DNA of 64,000 bases, taken from Bacteroidota bacterium. Its GTDB lineage: Bacteria; Bacteroidota; Bacteroidia; Chitinophagales; Chitinophagaceae. Positions 25,651 through 35,585 of this stretch are shown here, in pieces. Each line of letters begins with the position of its first letter. The first letter of the stretch is position 1. The stretch lies in NCBI GenBank assembly GCA_024640225.1, contig JAHEFK010000003.1, positions 32,649-96,648 of the forward strand, in the 5' to 3' direction. The notes beneath the pieces are model-generated. The model saw only the letters and a program-made list of their open reading frames with translations, had not been told where the DNA came from and ran no database searches. Both the position numbers and the translations under genes were made by a program.

Positions 25651-27252
25651 ATGAAAAAATTATTTTACGGCCTCTTCTTGTGTTCTATTCCTTGTTTCAG
25701 TTTTGCCCAAGGTACCATTACCGGCGACTTAATGACGAATGTAAATTTCTTTAGTAGAGACTCTGCTATAAAAGCCAATGGCAATCCACTTTACGATCAT
25801 TTACTCAGCGGCGGCGAAACATGGTTGAGCTTACGATATAATAACAATAAGGGTTTTACCGCAACACTCCGTGGCGATGCGTTTCAGAATTCTATATTAC
25901 TTACGCCCGGACAAGCCTTTACTGGTTTTGGCATCGGTGCTTGGAATGTGACTAAAGAGTTTAAAGATTTTAGAATTTCATTTGGCTATATTTATGATCA
26001 AATTGGAAGCGGTATTTTATTTCGCTCCTACGAAGACAGAGGTTTGCTGATCGACAATGCGCTTGTAGGTCTTCAATTAAAATACAAACTCAACGAACAT
26101 ATTACATTGAAAGCCCTAAGCGGTCAACAAAAGAAAGTGCCTACCTTTTTTAAATCTGGAGAAAACCTTTACCAACCTATCATTAAAGCCATCAATGTAG
26201 AAGGTGATTATACCTTTGGCAATGACATCCATATTACGCCTGGTATTGGTATCCTCAACAGAACCTTAGATCAAAGCAGTATGGATATTGTCGTGAACAA
26301 TATCAACAATCAAGCCTTGAGCACGCGCTTTGTACCCACTTACAATACTAACGCCTACACGATATATAACACACTCAACAAAGGTGATTTTAGTTGGTAT
26401 GCCGAAGCAGCGTTCAAATCGCACGAAGCTATTTTGAAAAATAATAGTTTACAAGACTTAAGTGGTTCTGTATTCTATTCTACTTTAGGATATGCTAAAA
26501 AGGGAATCGCAATTAATATTTCCGGGAAACGCACCGAGAATTTTGTTATGCGTACCTCACCAAACGAAATTTTATTACGCGGTATGATGAACTGGCAACC
26601 TGTCATTGCGCGCATTCGCCCACAACGCGTGATGAGTCGTTATACCCCGGCCTCCCAAGATATTTCTGAAGTGTCTTTAGGTTCAGATGTTTTAATTTCA
26701 CCCAACGATCAAACGAGTATTACCTTAAACTACACCCATATCAATACCCTCGGCCAAAATAAATTGTTTAGAGAATTTTTTGCAGAAGCTGAATATAGAG
26801 GCATTCCAAAATGGACCATTGAAGGTGGTGTACAATATTTAGAATACAATAAAGAAGTATATCAGGTAGTACCTAATGCTGGTATATTATATGCATTTAC
26901 CCCGTTCACAGAGATTACCTACAAAATCAACAGAAAAAAATCGATACGTACCGAATTTCAATATATGAGTACGAAACAAGATTACGGTTCTTGGTTATTT
27001 GCTTTAGTAGAATATAATATTGCTCCTAAATTATCATTCGCTTTATCAGATATGTACAATATTGCGCCCAACCATGAAATGGTAAGCAAAGCCAACCATT
27101 ATTATAATTGCTTTGTAGCCTTCACCAAAGGTGCCAATCGCTTTACAGCAGCGTATGTAAAACAAGTAGAAGGTATCAATTGCACCGGTGGTGTATGTAG
27201 ATACGAGCCGGCTTTTAGTGGTTTTAAAATTGGTATCACCAGTTCTTTTTAA
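25651..27252 (+). CDS. Predicted outer-membrane beta-barrel protein (DUF6029-like by recollection)
   Basis: 533 aa. Signal peptide ...CFSFAQG. Alternating beta-strand pattern. C-terminal Cys pair INCTGGVCRYEPAFSGFKIGITSSF with terminal Phe. Confidence 0.55.
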   Translation: MKKLFYGLFLCSIPCFSFAQGTITGDLMTNVNFFSRDSAIKANGNPLYDHLLSGGETWLSLRYNNNKGFTATLRGDAFQNSILLTPGQAFTGFGIGAWNVTKEFKDFRISFGYIYDQIGSGILFRSYEDRGLLIDNALVGLQLKYKLNEHITLKALSGQQKKVPTFFKSGENLYQPIIKAINVEGDYTFGNDIHITPGIGILNRTLDQSSMDIVVNNINNQALSTRFVPTYNTNAYTIYNTLNKGDFSWYAEAAFKSHEAILKNNSLQDLSGSVFYSTLGYAKKGIAINISGKRTENFVMRTSPNEILLRGMMNWQPVIARIRPQRVMSRYTPASQDISEVSLGSDVLISPNDQTSITLNYTHINTLGQNKLFREFFAEAEYRGIPKWTIEGGVQYLEYNKEVYQVVPNAGILYAFTPFTEITYKINRKKSIRTEFQYMSTKQDYGSWLFALVEYNIAPKLSFALSDMYNIAPNHEMVSKANHYYNCFVAFTKGANRFTAAYVKQVEGINCTGGVCRYEPAFSGFKIGITSSF

Positions 27253-27273
27253 TCGTTTAAACAACAACTATGT

Positions 27274-27302
27274 AAAGAGGATCTTAGAATCCTCTTTTTT
27301 TT
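27274..27302 (+). terminator. Rho-independent terminator
   Basis: AAAGAGGAT (27274-27282) / ATCCTCTTT (27289-27297), loop CTTAGA, followed by a T-run. Confidence 0.75.
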
Positions 27303-27339
27303 ATTAAAATAGCTTATCATTTAAATCTGCTACAAAGAG

Positions 27340-27347
27340 TACCTTTG
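27340..27347 (+). promoter_or_regulatory. Bacteroidota -7 promoter box TACCTTTG
   Basis: Exact TAnnTTTG, 5 nt upstream of ATG 27353 (near-leaderless). Confidence 0.4.
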
Positions 27348-27352
27348 CACCT

Positions 27353-29110
27353 ATGAAATTATTAATTACTTATTTAAAGCCCTTTAGAAAACTGTTGATA
27401 GTAGCCTTATTATTAGCAGCTATCAATCAAATTTTTTCTTTGTTAGATCCTTATGTGATGGGGCATTATATCATCGACCCCTTTGCAAAAAATGCCCAAG
27501 CTTATGCCGGCAAACAATCGGTTTTTATTGCTGGCATTACCAAAGGCTTGCTCTTGTTAATTTCGGTAGCCATGGTGTCTCGCATAGCTAAAGCCTTTCA
27601 AGACTATACCCTCAATGTAGTGATACAGAAATTTGGTGCCGCTATATATACTGATGGGCTGAAGCATGCCTTACGCTTACCCTTTGGCGAATTTGAAGAC
27701 CAACGCAGTGGTGAAACACTCTCTATACTTCAAAAAGTACGCACCGATTGTGAGAAATTAATCAGTGCTTTGGTTAATATTCTATTCACTACCTTGGTTG
27801 GTATCATATTTGTGATGATCTATGCTATCACGCTCAATTCTTGGTTAGTAGTCGTTTATTTAGGCGGCGCCTTTTTGTTGGGATGGCTTACCAATTTGTT
27901 ATCTAAGAAAATTAAAAACATTCAAAAGCGAATTGTAAAAGAAACCACCGCATTGGCGGGTGCCACCACCGAATCGTTGCGTAATATAGAATTAATAAAA
28001 AGCTTGGGCTTAACACAACAAGAAGTAAAACGATTAAATGGCAATACGATTAAAATTTTACAATTAGAATTGGATAAAGTAAAAAGCATTCGTACGATTT
28101 CATTTGTGCAAGGCACTTTTGTCAATTTCATTCGCCAATGTATCATGTTCGCGCTCTTGTATTTTGTTTTTAAAGGACATCTTACACTTGGACAAATGAT
28201 AACCATGCAATTTTATTCTTTTTTTATTTTTGGTCCATTACAAGAGTTAGGCAATATTATTTTAGCTTACCGAGAAGCACAAGCATCGCTTAGTAATTTT
28301 GACACTTTAATGAATAAACCTATCGAAGCAAAACCGGCTGCACCAATTTCGCTAGGCGCTATTCATAGCCTACAATTCGACCAGGTACGATTCCAACATA
28401 AAACAGCGAAACAAGCCGCGCTCAATGACATTAGCTTTAGCGTAGAAAAAGGCAAAACCATTGCTTTTGTTGGCCCCTCTGGCTCTGGCAAAACTACTTT
28501 AGTGAAATTGCTCGTAGGTTTATACACCCCTAATAAAGGGCATGTTTTGTATAACCAATTGAGCAATACCAGTATCGACTTCGAAGAATTGCGTCATCAA
28601 ATTGGATTAGTAACCCAAGACACCCAATTATTCTCTGGCACCATCAAAGAGAATTTACTATTTGTAAATCCAAGCGCTACCGATGCGTTGCTTACTAAAG
28701 TATTGCAACAAGCAGCCTGCACCAACCTCTTGGCTAGAGCTGATAATGGCTTAGATACGTTGATTGGAGAAGGCGGATTAAAATTATCGGGGGGTGAGCG
28801 CCAACGCCTATCTATCGCTAGAGCCTTATTGCGCAATCCTAATTTATTGATTTTTGATGAGGCTACTTCTGCGTTAGATTCCTTAACAGAAGAAGAAATT
28901 TCGCAAACTATCCAAAGTATTACAGCACAACGTGCACACATCACCATTATGATTGCGCATCGCTTATCGACCATCATGCATGCTGATACGATTTATGTAT
29001 TAGAAAAAGGTAGCATTGTGGAAACCGGCACACATCAATCTTTATTAGAAGAGAAAGGTTTGTATTATGCTATGTGGCGTCAGCAAATTGGCGAACGAAC
29101 ACACGCATAA
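27353..29110 (+). CDS. ABC exporter, fused permease/ATPase (MsbA-like type I exporter)
   Basis: 585 aa. Six TM N-terminal half. Walker A GPSGSGKTT, signature LSGGERQR, Walker B LLIFDEATSALD. Confidence 0.9.
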   Translation: MKLLITYLKPFRKLLIVALLLAAINQIFSLLDPYVMGHYIIDPFAKNAQAYAGKQSVFIAGITKGLLLLISVAMVSRIAKAFQDYTLNVVIQKFGAAIYTDGLKHALRLPFGEFEDQRSGETLSILQKVRTDCEKLISALVNILFTTLVGIIFVMIYAITLNSWLVVVYLGGAFLLGWLTNLLSKKIKNIQKRIVKETTALAGATTESLRNIELIKSLGLTQQEVKRLNGNTIKILQLELDKVKSIRTISFVQGTFVNFIRQCIMFALLYFVFKGHLTLGQMITMQFYSFFIFGPLQELGNIILAYREAQASLSNFDTLMNKPIEAKPAAPISLGAIHSLQFDQVRFQHKTAKQAALNDISFSVEKGKTIAFVGPSGSGKTTLVKLLVGLYTPNKGHVLYNQLSNTSIDFEELRHQIGLVTQDTQLFSGTIKENLLFVNPSATDALLTKVLQQAACTNLLARADNGLDTLIGEGGLKLSGGERQRLSIARALLRNPNLLIFDEATSALDSLTEEEISQTIQSITAQRAHITIMIAHRLSTIMHADTIYVLEKGSIVETGTHQSLLEEKGLYYAMWRQQIGERTHA

Positions 29111-29145
29111 ATTAATTACATTTATAGTTTACCATACTGTTGAAT

Positions 29146-30237
29146 ATGCGTTTTTTAGGATCTCTATTTATATGTTGCCTTTTGGTTTGTAGCGCTTCGG
29201 CGCAACCTCCAGCCAATTATTATACCAGTGCTTTTAATAAGCAAGGTGAACCCTTGCGTGCTGCCTTATACCAAATTATAAAAGGGCATAGCGCGCAAAC
29301 CTATACACCCGGTTTGTGGAATGCCTTTTACACCACCGATGTAAAACCCAATGGCAAGCTATGGGATATGTATTCTGATAAGCCTGGCACTACAGCACCT
29401 TATGAATTCACCATAGGCACTAACCAATGTAGCAGTAGCTCGGCCACAGGTGAAAATTATTGCTATAACAGAGAACACTCTTGGCCTAAAAGTTTTTTTG
29501 GTGGCGCCAACTCGTATACCCTCTATGGCTATCCCATGTATACCGACTTGTTTTTGGTTATTCCAACTGATGCCTGGGTAAATAGCAAGCGTAGTAATTT
29601 GCCATATGGTAAAGCCGTAGCGCCCTTTACCTTTACTGCACAAAATGGTTCTCGTATAGGCACACAGAGTTATCCGGGTGCGCCGGGTGGACAGTGCTTC
29701 GAACCTATTGATTCTTTTAAAGGTGATTTAGCACGCAATTATTTTTATGTAAGTACCCGTTACCTGGGCGATAGCAATCAATTTGTTTCTTGGGAAATGG
29801 CCGACAAAATAAACCTAAAACCTTGGGCCATTCAAATGCTTCTAGACTGGCACCACAATGATCCAGTGAGTAAAAAAGAACTCGATCGCAATGAGGCTGT
29901 TTATGCGATACAAAATAATAGAAACCCTTTTATTGACTACCCGCTTTTTGCAGATTGCATTTGGGGCACGGGCGATTGTAGCACCCTTGGCATTTCATCG
30001 TATGAACATCCAACAATAGTACTCTATCCCAATCCGGCGAAAGATGCAGTAAGTATACTCGGTGCTCAAGCAGCACAGTCCATTACTCTTTGGGATATGA
30101 CGGGTAGACAAGTGCTGCAGCTAGCCGCAAGCGACCACATACAAGTTGCTACCAACTCACTCAGCAACGGAGTGTATATCTTAGAAATGATATTTGCAAA
30201 AGAGCGCATCATCAGAAAAGTAAGTATCGAAAAATAA
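29146..30237 (+). CDS. Secreted endonuclease I family nuclease with T9SS type A C-terminal sorting domain
   Basis: Start set to ATG 29146 (MRFLGSLFICCLLVCSASAQ). YNREHSWPKS, DLFLVIPTDAWVNSKRSN, KGDLARNYFYVSTRY, NNRNPFIDYP. CTD VLYPNPAKDAVSI...NGVYILEM...RKVSIEK. Confidence 0.8.
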   Translation: MRFLGSLFICCLLVCSASAQPPANYYTSAFNKQGEPLRAALYQIIKGHSAQTYTPGLWNAFYTTDVKPNGKLWDMYSDKPGTTAPYEFTIGTNQCSSSSATGENYCYNREHSWPKSFFGGANSYTLYGYPMYTDLFLVIPTDAWVNSKRSNLPYGKAVAPFTFTAQNGSRIGTQSYPGAPGGQCFEPIDSFKGDLARNYFYVSTRYLGDSNQFVSWEMADKINLKPWAIQMLLDWHHNDPVSKKELDRNEAVYAIQNNRNPFIDYPLFADCIWGTGDCSTLGISSYEHPTIVLYPNPAKDAVSILGAQAAQSITLWDMTGRQVLQLAASDHIQVATNSLSNGVYILEMIFAKERIIRKVSIEK

Positions 30238-30259
30238 CCACTTTCTTAATTTCAATATC

Positions 30260-30784
30260 ATGAGTATGAAACCTATATTTTTATCTGTTGGATTGGTTGC
30301 ATTTGCTTTTGCCTGCGGCTATACCCTATATGGAAAGTTGCATCCTGTAACACAAAGCGCTGGTCGAGTAACAGGTATTGGCGGTATCTTTTTTAAAAGT
30401 AAAGACCCTAAAACACTACGTGCTTGGTACCAAGAACATTTAGGCTTTTCGGTAAATGCTTATGGTGCTGTTTTTGAATGGCGACAAGCGAGCGATTCAA
30501 CAAAGAAAGGCTTTTCGCAATGGAGCCCCTTTAAAGCGAGCACCACTTATTTTGCACCCTCTACCAAAGATTTTATGATCAATTATAGAGTTCAGAATTT
30601 AAACGCTTTGGTGCAGCAATTAAAAATAAAAGGCGTTACGATACTAGACACGATGGAATCGTATGACTATGGTACCTTTATTCATATTATGGACTTGGAA
30701 GGCAATAAAATAGAATTGTGGGAACCCAATGATAGTGCTTACGATGCACTTGGAAAGCAAATGAACAGTACCACTATAAAATAA
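30260..30784 (+). CDS. VOC (glyoxalase/bleomycin-resistance fold) family protein with N-terminal hydrophobic signal/anchor
   Basis: 174 aa. GIGGIFFKSKDPKTLRAWYQEHLGF and HIMDLEGNKIELWEP are VOC-like. N-terminus MSMKPIFLSVGLVAFAFACG. Confidence 0.65.
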   Translation: MSMKPIFLSVGLVAFAFACGYTLYGKLHPVTQSAGRVTGIGGIFFKSKDPKTLRAWYQEHLGFSVNAYGAVFEWRQASDSTKKGFSQWSPFKASTTYFAPSTKDFMINYRVQNLNALVQQLKIKGVTILDTMESYDYGTFIHIMDLEGNKIELWEPNDSAYDALGKQMNSTTIK

Positions 30785-30785
30785 T

Positions 30786-30810
30786 AAAGCCCCGAAAAAT
30801 TCGGGGCTTT
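30786..30810. terminator. Shared hairpin terminator between convergent genes
   Basis: GCCCCGAA (30789-30796) / TTCGGGGC (30800-30807), loop AAA, with AAA/TTT flanks. Core resembles the 23537/25013 repeat. Confidence 0.6.
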
Positions 30811-30814
30811 ATTA

Positions 30815-33217
30815 TTATCTCAACAAGGTAACATTGCCTTGGTAATGTTCGGTATGTCCGTTTTTGAGCGTTGCATCTAATACGTAAATATATACCCCGT
30901 TCGACTGCAGAACGCCATTCCATCTACCATCCCAACCTCTGCCTTCGGGATTCGTAGTTTCGAAAATGAGTTGTCCCCAACGATTGAAGATAGACATTTT
31001 GAAAGCTGTTACCCCTCTCGACAATAACGATTTAGGGAAGAAATAATCATTTAGATCATCACCATTGGGCGTAAAGGTATTAGGCATTTCTATATAGCAA
31101 TCTTTTTTCACTTCTACACTATCACTTGTTATACAACCATCCATATCTACCGTAATACCAAAAATACCAGGATGATTAACAACTATAGATGAAGCGGTAT
31201 CGCCGGTAGTCCACCAGCTTATACAATTTGTTTTTGGAATACGATCAAATAAAATAATTGGACTACTATTGGGGCACATTAAAGTATCTGGACCTAAATC
31301 AACCATTGGATAAGGTTTTAAGGTAACCGATTTTTCGTAAGTAGAATCAGGGCAAATACGATAACTAGCTGTCAATTTCACCGTAAAGGTGCCACTACTA
31401 TCATACGCATGCAGAATAGAATCGCGGTTATAAATTTTAGAGCCATCTCCAAAATCCCACATCAATTGACGAATACCTAAGGTGTCGTAAACTGCATAAA
31501 ACGTGATGCCATTGCCTTCGCACAACGAATCTTTATCGGTATAAAAATTTAAACTTGGTGCAGGATAAACATGAATTATGTGTTTTGCAGAATCATTACA
31601 CGGCACAAAATCATTCACATATAAAGTGGCGGTATAAACCCCTGGTGCCGCATAGGTATGTGTAGCTGTTGGATTGAAATCAGCATAACCATCACCAAAA
31701 TCCCAAGAGTAGGTAGGCGCTGCCATGCCCGTTGGCGAATTGAAGGTGCTGGTGCTGGTAAACGTAATGGGTGTATTACCACAGATAGAATCTTCGCTTA
31801 CTGTAAATGATGCCGCTAAAGAGTGACGCGTATCAATTGTTTTTACAACCGTATCTTTACAAACGCCGTTAGAGCTAATTAGCGTAATACTTTGCACTGC
31901 TTTAATAGGATATATCACCGTTGTATTTTTTGCAGTATCTCCGGTGCCATTTCCAAAATCCCAATTATAACTCATAAAGCCCGATTGGGTAGAATTATTA
32001 ACTAAGGTAACCGTATCCTCATTGCAACCATATTTGATGGATGAACTAAAGTCGGCAATAAAAGGCGGATTAGCAATGGTTATCGGTCCAATTGGTGGCG
32101 TAAAACATAATCCTTGATAGACTACGATATTAGAATAAGTACCTGCAGGCAAATACATCTTAATTGCCCCCATATTATCAGAACTAACATTTACAGTAAC
32201 CAATACAGCATTTTTCACATACTTTACTACATAATTTGTATTTGGCGTCAATCCATTTAATTGAATAATACCATTACCACCACATACGGTTGGATTAATA
32301 CCTAAAAAAGAAGTAACTACGGGTAAGCCACCCATAGATATACAAACCGTATCGCGTGTTGTATCTTGGCAGCTTGTTCCCATAACGGTATAACAAGTAT
32401 TACTAGATGGCGAAACGGTAAGTGTAGGCGTGGTGCCTAAAGAGGTGGTTGTTCCGGTTTGCACCCAATTCAAATTCATATAAGCATCCGGAATAAGGTA
32501 GTAGGCTATGGGTGTTATCGTATAATTGGTAGTAGAAGTAGGCGTAAAACGATGACTACTTCTAAATGCAGTCCATTGCTGTGCATTTCTACCCGTTACT
32601 GGGTGAGCAATAGTACCCGTTGCATTTTGTAAACCCTCAATAGCTAAGCCGCCATTCCAAGTGGTGCACAAAGGTGCATTAGCAATGTGAATTTCAATTT
32701 CATTGGTCGTTTCAAACAAGATAATTTGAAATGAAGTTTTTAATGTCGTACAAGAAAACATAGGGATGTCGCAGAAAGACACAATAAATTTTCTGTTGGG
32801 CGCAGTGCCAACGGTAGCATAATCTAAGCTACCAGAAGTGGGATAAATATCAGAGTAGAAAGCTGCTATGGAATTGAGTAATGCCGTATTGCCAGGAATA
32901 CCTCCAGTAATTGACCAAGGAGAAAACAAACCCGCATTAGCTGTATTAAAACAAATATAGCCGTTTGATGAAAATACACATTGCGAATACGTATTACCAT
33001 AGAAAGTGAATGGGAATCCGATATTGATTACACCGGTATATAAATCATCTGTTAAACTTAAATTTGTAGGCACCCTTCCATTGCGAATGGCATTTAAGGT
33101 AAGCGAAGCTCCCGGACAGATGGTAGTATCATTTTGAGCAATAGAAACTTGTGCGTTTGTTTGCAATGCTCCAAAAAGCACAAACAAAAACACCATGTAA
33201 AAGCCTAATCTCGACAT
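30815..33217 (-). CDS. PKD-repeat surface protein with T9SS type B (gliding-motility-associated) C-terminal sorting domain
   Basis: 800 aa. Signal peptide ...LQTNAQ. PKD-like YNWDFGNGTGD, YSWDFGDGYAD, LMWDFGDGSK. C-terminus PNTFTPNGDDLNDYF...FNRWGQLIFE...GRWNG...GVYIY. Confidence 0.85.
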   Translation of the reverse strand: MSRLGFYMVFLFVLFGALQTNAQVSIAQNDTTICPGASLTLNAIRNGRVPTNLSLTDDLYTGVINIGFPFTFYGNTYSQCVFSSNGYICFNTANAGLFSPWSITGGIPGNTALLNSIAAFYSDIYPTSGSLDYATVGTAPNRKFIVSFCDIPMFSCTTLKTSFQIILFETTNEIEIHIANAPLCTTWNGGLAIEGLQNATGTIAHPVTGRNAQQWTAFRSSHRFTPTSTTNYTITPIAYYLIPDAYMNLNWVQTGTTTSLGTTPTLTVSPSSNTCYTVMGTSCQDTTRDTVCISMGGLPVVTSFLGINPTVCGGNGIIQLNGLTPNTNYVVKYVKNAVLVTVNVSSDNMGAIKMYLPAGTYSNIVVYQGLCFTPPIGPITIANPPFIADFSSSIKYGCNEDTVTLVNNSTQSGFMSYNWDFGNGTGDTAKNTTVIYPIKAVQSITLISSNGVCKDTVVKTIDTRHSLAASFTVSEDSICGNTPITFTSTSTFNSPTGMAAPTYSWDFGDGYADFNPTATHTYAAPGVYTATLYVNDFVPCNDSAKHIIHVYPAPSLNFYTDKDSLCEGNGITFYAVYDTLGIRQLMWDFGDGSKIYNRDSILHAYDSSGTFTVKLTASYRICPDSTYEKSVTLKPYPMVDLGPDTLMCPNSSPIILFDRIPKTNCISWWTTGDTASSIVVNHPGIFGITVDMDGCITSDSVEVKKDCYIEMPNTFTPNGDDLNDYFFPKSLLSRGVTAFKMSIFNRWGQLIFETTNPEGRGWDGRWNGVLQSNGVYIYVLDATLKNGHTEHYQGNVTLLR

Positions 33218-33280
33218 GGTAGTATTGGTTTTAATTCGTGAATTTAACGATTTTTTTCAACAAAAAACCGGCAGAAGGGC

Positions 33281-35305
33281 CTATTTTCTATTTTTTTTCT
33301 GTTCTTCTAATTGCATGTACAAGTCTCGCAAACGAGCTGCTTCAATAAAATCAAGGCTTTTAGCAGCCTTTTCCATGGCTTTTTTTGTAGCTGATAGTTG
33401 CTTGTCTAACTCTTTTATAGAGCTATAAGTGGCATAGGTTTCAGCAGCCAAAGTAGCTTCCGTATCATTGAGTGCATAGGCAGCAGCTTGTGCCCCTTTG
33501 ATGTTTAACACAGAGGTCTGTTGCATGATCTGCTCTACTGTTTTATGCACTGTTTTTGGCGTAATTTGATGCGCTGTATTAAATGCAATCTGCTTTGCTC
33601 TGCGCCGATCCGTTTCATCCATCGTGCGTTGCATGCTTTGTGTAATTTTATCTGCATAAAAAATAACACGCCCTTTTTCATTACGCGCCGCCCTTCCTGC
33701 CATCTGAGTTAAAGAACGTTCATCTCTCAAAAACCCTTCTTTGTCTGCGTCTAAAATCGCCATCAAAGTAACCTCCGGCAAATCTAATCCTTCTCGCAAT
33801 AAATTGACACCAACGACAACATCTAATACACCCAATCGTAAATCTCTCAAAATTTCTATACGCTCCAAGGTGTCTACATCTGAGTGGATATACTTCGACT
33901 TGATTTGAATTTTCTGTAAGTACTTATCTAGTTCTTCGGCCATTCGTTTAGTAAGTGTAGCTACTAAAATGCGTTCCGATTTTTTAACACGCTCATCAAT
34001 TTCTTCCAATAAGTCATCGATTTGATTAATGCTGGGTCGTACTTCTATGACTGGATCTAATAAGCCTGTTGGTCGCACAATTTGCTCCACAACTACCCCA
34101 CCTGTTTTTTCCAATTCATAGTTTGCCGGTGTAGCACTTACAAAAATTATCTGGTTTACTAATTTTTCAAATTCATAAAAATTCAAAGGTCGATTGTCCA
34201 TGGCCGAAGGCAATCGAAAACCATACTCTACCAAATTTATTTTTCTTGATCGATCACCTCCATACATGCCGCTTATTTGCGGAATGGTAACGTGGCTTTC
34301 ATCAATTACTAATAAATAATCATTGGGGAAATAATCTAACAAGCAAAACGGACGGGTACCTGGTTCGCGTCGATCTAAAAACCTAGAATAATTTTCAATA
34401 CCACTACAATAGCCCAATTCTTGAATCATTTCAATATCGTACGTAACGCGTTCCTTAATGCGATGCGCTTCGTGTGGTTTATTTATTTTCTTAAAATACT
34501 CCACTTGCCTATTCATCTCATCGTAGATTTCCGTGATGATCATGTTCATTTGATCTTTAGGCGCCACATATAAATTGGCCGGGAAAATAGCCGCTTCTTG
34601 CAAACCTTTTATGCGCTTACCGCTTGTAATTTCAAAATGATCAATAGCTTCTATCTCATCACCAAAAAAAGTAATGCGCATACCCATATCGGCATATGGC
34701 AAATTGACATCTACCACATCGCCTTGCACTCTAAACGTACCTCTTGTAAAATCGCCCTGACTACGATGGTACAAAGCATGAACCAATTTATGTAAAAAGA
34801 CATTTCTACTGTGGGTATCCCCTACTTTAAAACGAATAATACCATTGGCATAATCGGTAGGGTTTCCCATACCATAGATGCAAGAAACCGAAGCTACCAC
34901 AATAATATCTCGTCTGCCACTGAGCAAACTAGACGTGGCGCGCAAGCGTAATTTTTCTACTTCCTGATTGATCGAAAGATCTTTTTCTATATACGTATCT
35001 GTTGTTGGTAAATACGCCTCAGGTTGATAATAATCGTAATAAGAAACAAAATACTCTACCGCATTGTCTGGGAAAAACTGTTGCAATTCGCCATACAATT
35101 GAGCAACGAGTGTTTTATTGTGTGTGAGCACTAAAGTGGGTCTTTGTATTTCTTGAATCACATTGGCAATAGTAAATGTTTTACCAGAACCCGTCACACC
35201 CAATAGCGTCTGAAATGTTTCGCCTTCTTGCAAGCCTTTTACCAGCGCTTGAATCGCTTCGGGCTGGTCTCCAGCGGGTTCGTAAGGACGATGAATTTGA
35301 AACAT
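33281..35305 (-). CDS. uvrB: Excinuclease ABC subunit B
   Basis: 674 aa. GVTGSGKTF Walker A, DESH box, helicase motifs, C-terminal UVR domain (LDFIEAARLRD). Confidence 0.97.
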   Translation of the reverse strand: MFQIHRPYEPAGDQPEAIQALVKGLQEGETFQTLLGVTGSGKTFTIANVIQEIQRPTLVLTHNKTLVAQLYGELQQFFPDNAVEYFVSYYDYYQPEAYLPTTDTYIEKDLSINQEVEKLRLRATSSLLSGRRDIIVVASVSCIYGMGNPTDYANGIIRFKVGDTHSRNVFLHKLVHALYHRSQGDFTRGTFRVQGDVVDVNLPYADMGMRITFFGDEIEAIDHFEITSGKRIKGLQEAAIFPANLYVAPKDQMNMIITEIYDEMNRQVEYFKKINKPHEAHRIKERVTYDIEMIQELGYCSGIENYSRFLDRREPGTRPFCLLDYFPNDYLLVIDESHVTIPQISGMYGGDRSRKINLVEYGFRLPSAMDNRPLNFYEFEKLVNQIIFVSATPANYELEKTGGVVVEQIVRPTGLLDPVIEVRPSINQIDDLLEEIDERVKKSERILVATLTKRMAEELDKYLQKIQIKSKYIHSDVDTLERIEILRDLRLGVLDVVVGVNLLREGLDLPEVTLMAILDADKEGFLRDERSLTQMAGRAARNEKGRVIFYADKITQSMQRTMDETDRRRAKQIAFNTAHQITPKTVHKTVEQIMQQTSVLNIKGAQAAAYALNDTEATLAAETYATYSSIKELDKQLSATKKAMEKAAKSLDFIEAARLRDLYMQLEEQKKNRK

Positions 35306-35426
35306 AGAACAAAGATGCGAAAAAATAAAGACAAGAAAGGGGTAAACTTCTTATGAACATAAAAGCACAAACAATTAGTGTCCTTTAAGATTATAAAAAC
35401 CGTATCTTAGAGAAAACCAATTGGCT

Positions 35427-35585
35427 ATGTGGCAACAAATTTTACAGTACTTATTTATTAAAAAGAAGCATCCAGATGCACCCAAAAGCATTGATTTAAA
35501 ATTAATGCATGGCATGAATCGAATATCAATTATAGTTTTTCTAATTGCTGTAATTGTAATGTTAGTGCGCTTGTTGCGCCATTGA
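35427..35585 (+). CDS. Candidate 52-aa small membrane protein (below ORF-track cutoff)
   Basis: Own translation: MWQQILQYLFIKKKHPDAPKSIDLKLMHGMNRISIIVFLIAVIVMLVRLLRH*. Basic N-terminal part plus one TM. Fills an otherwise empty 256-nt gap. Near-match box TATCTTAG about 18 nt upstream. Overlaps the lpxB 3' end by 24 nt. Confidence 0.45.
   Translation: MWQQILQYLFIKKKHPDAPKSIDLKLMHGMNRISIIVFLIAVIVMLVRLLRH

Noticed and set aside
28597-28977. A 126-aa minus-strand ORF lies inside the ABC exporter gene. Similar antisense ORFs are at 10128-10448, 12081-12380, 58477-58815 and 61750-62145.
   Set aside because: All lie fully inside strongly supported genes on the opposite strand. They have odd, low-complexity composition typical of shadow frames.
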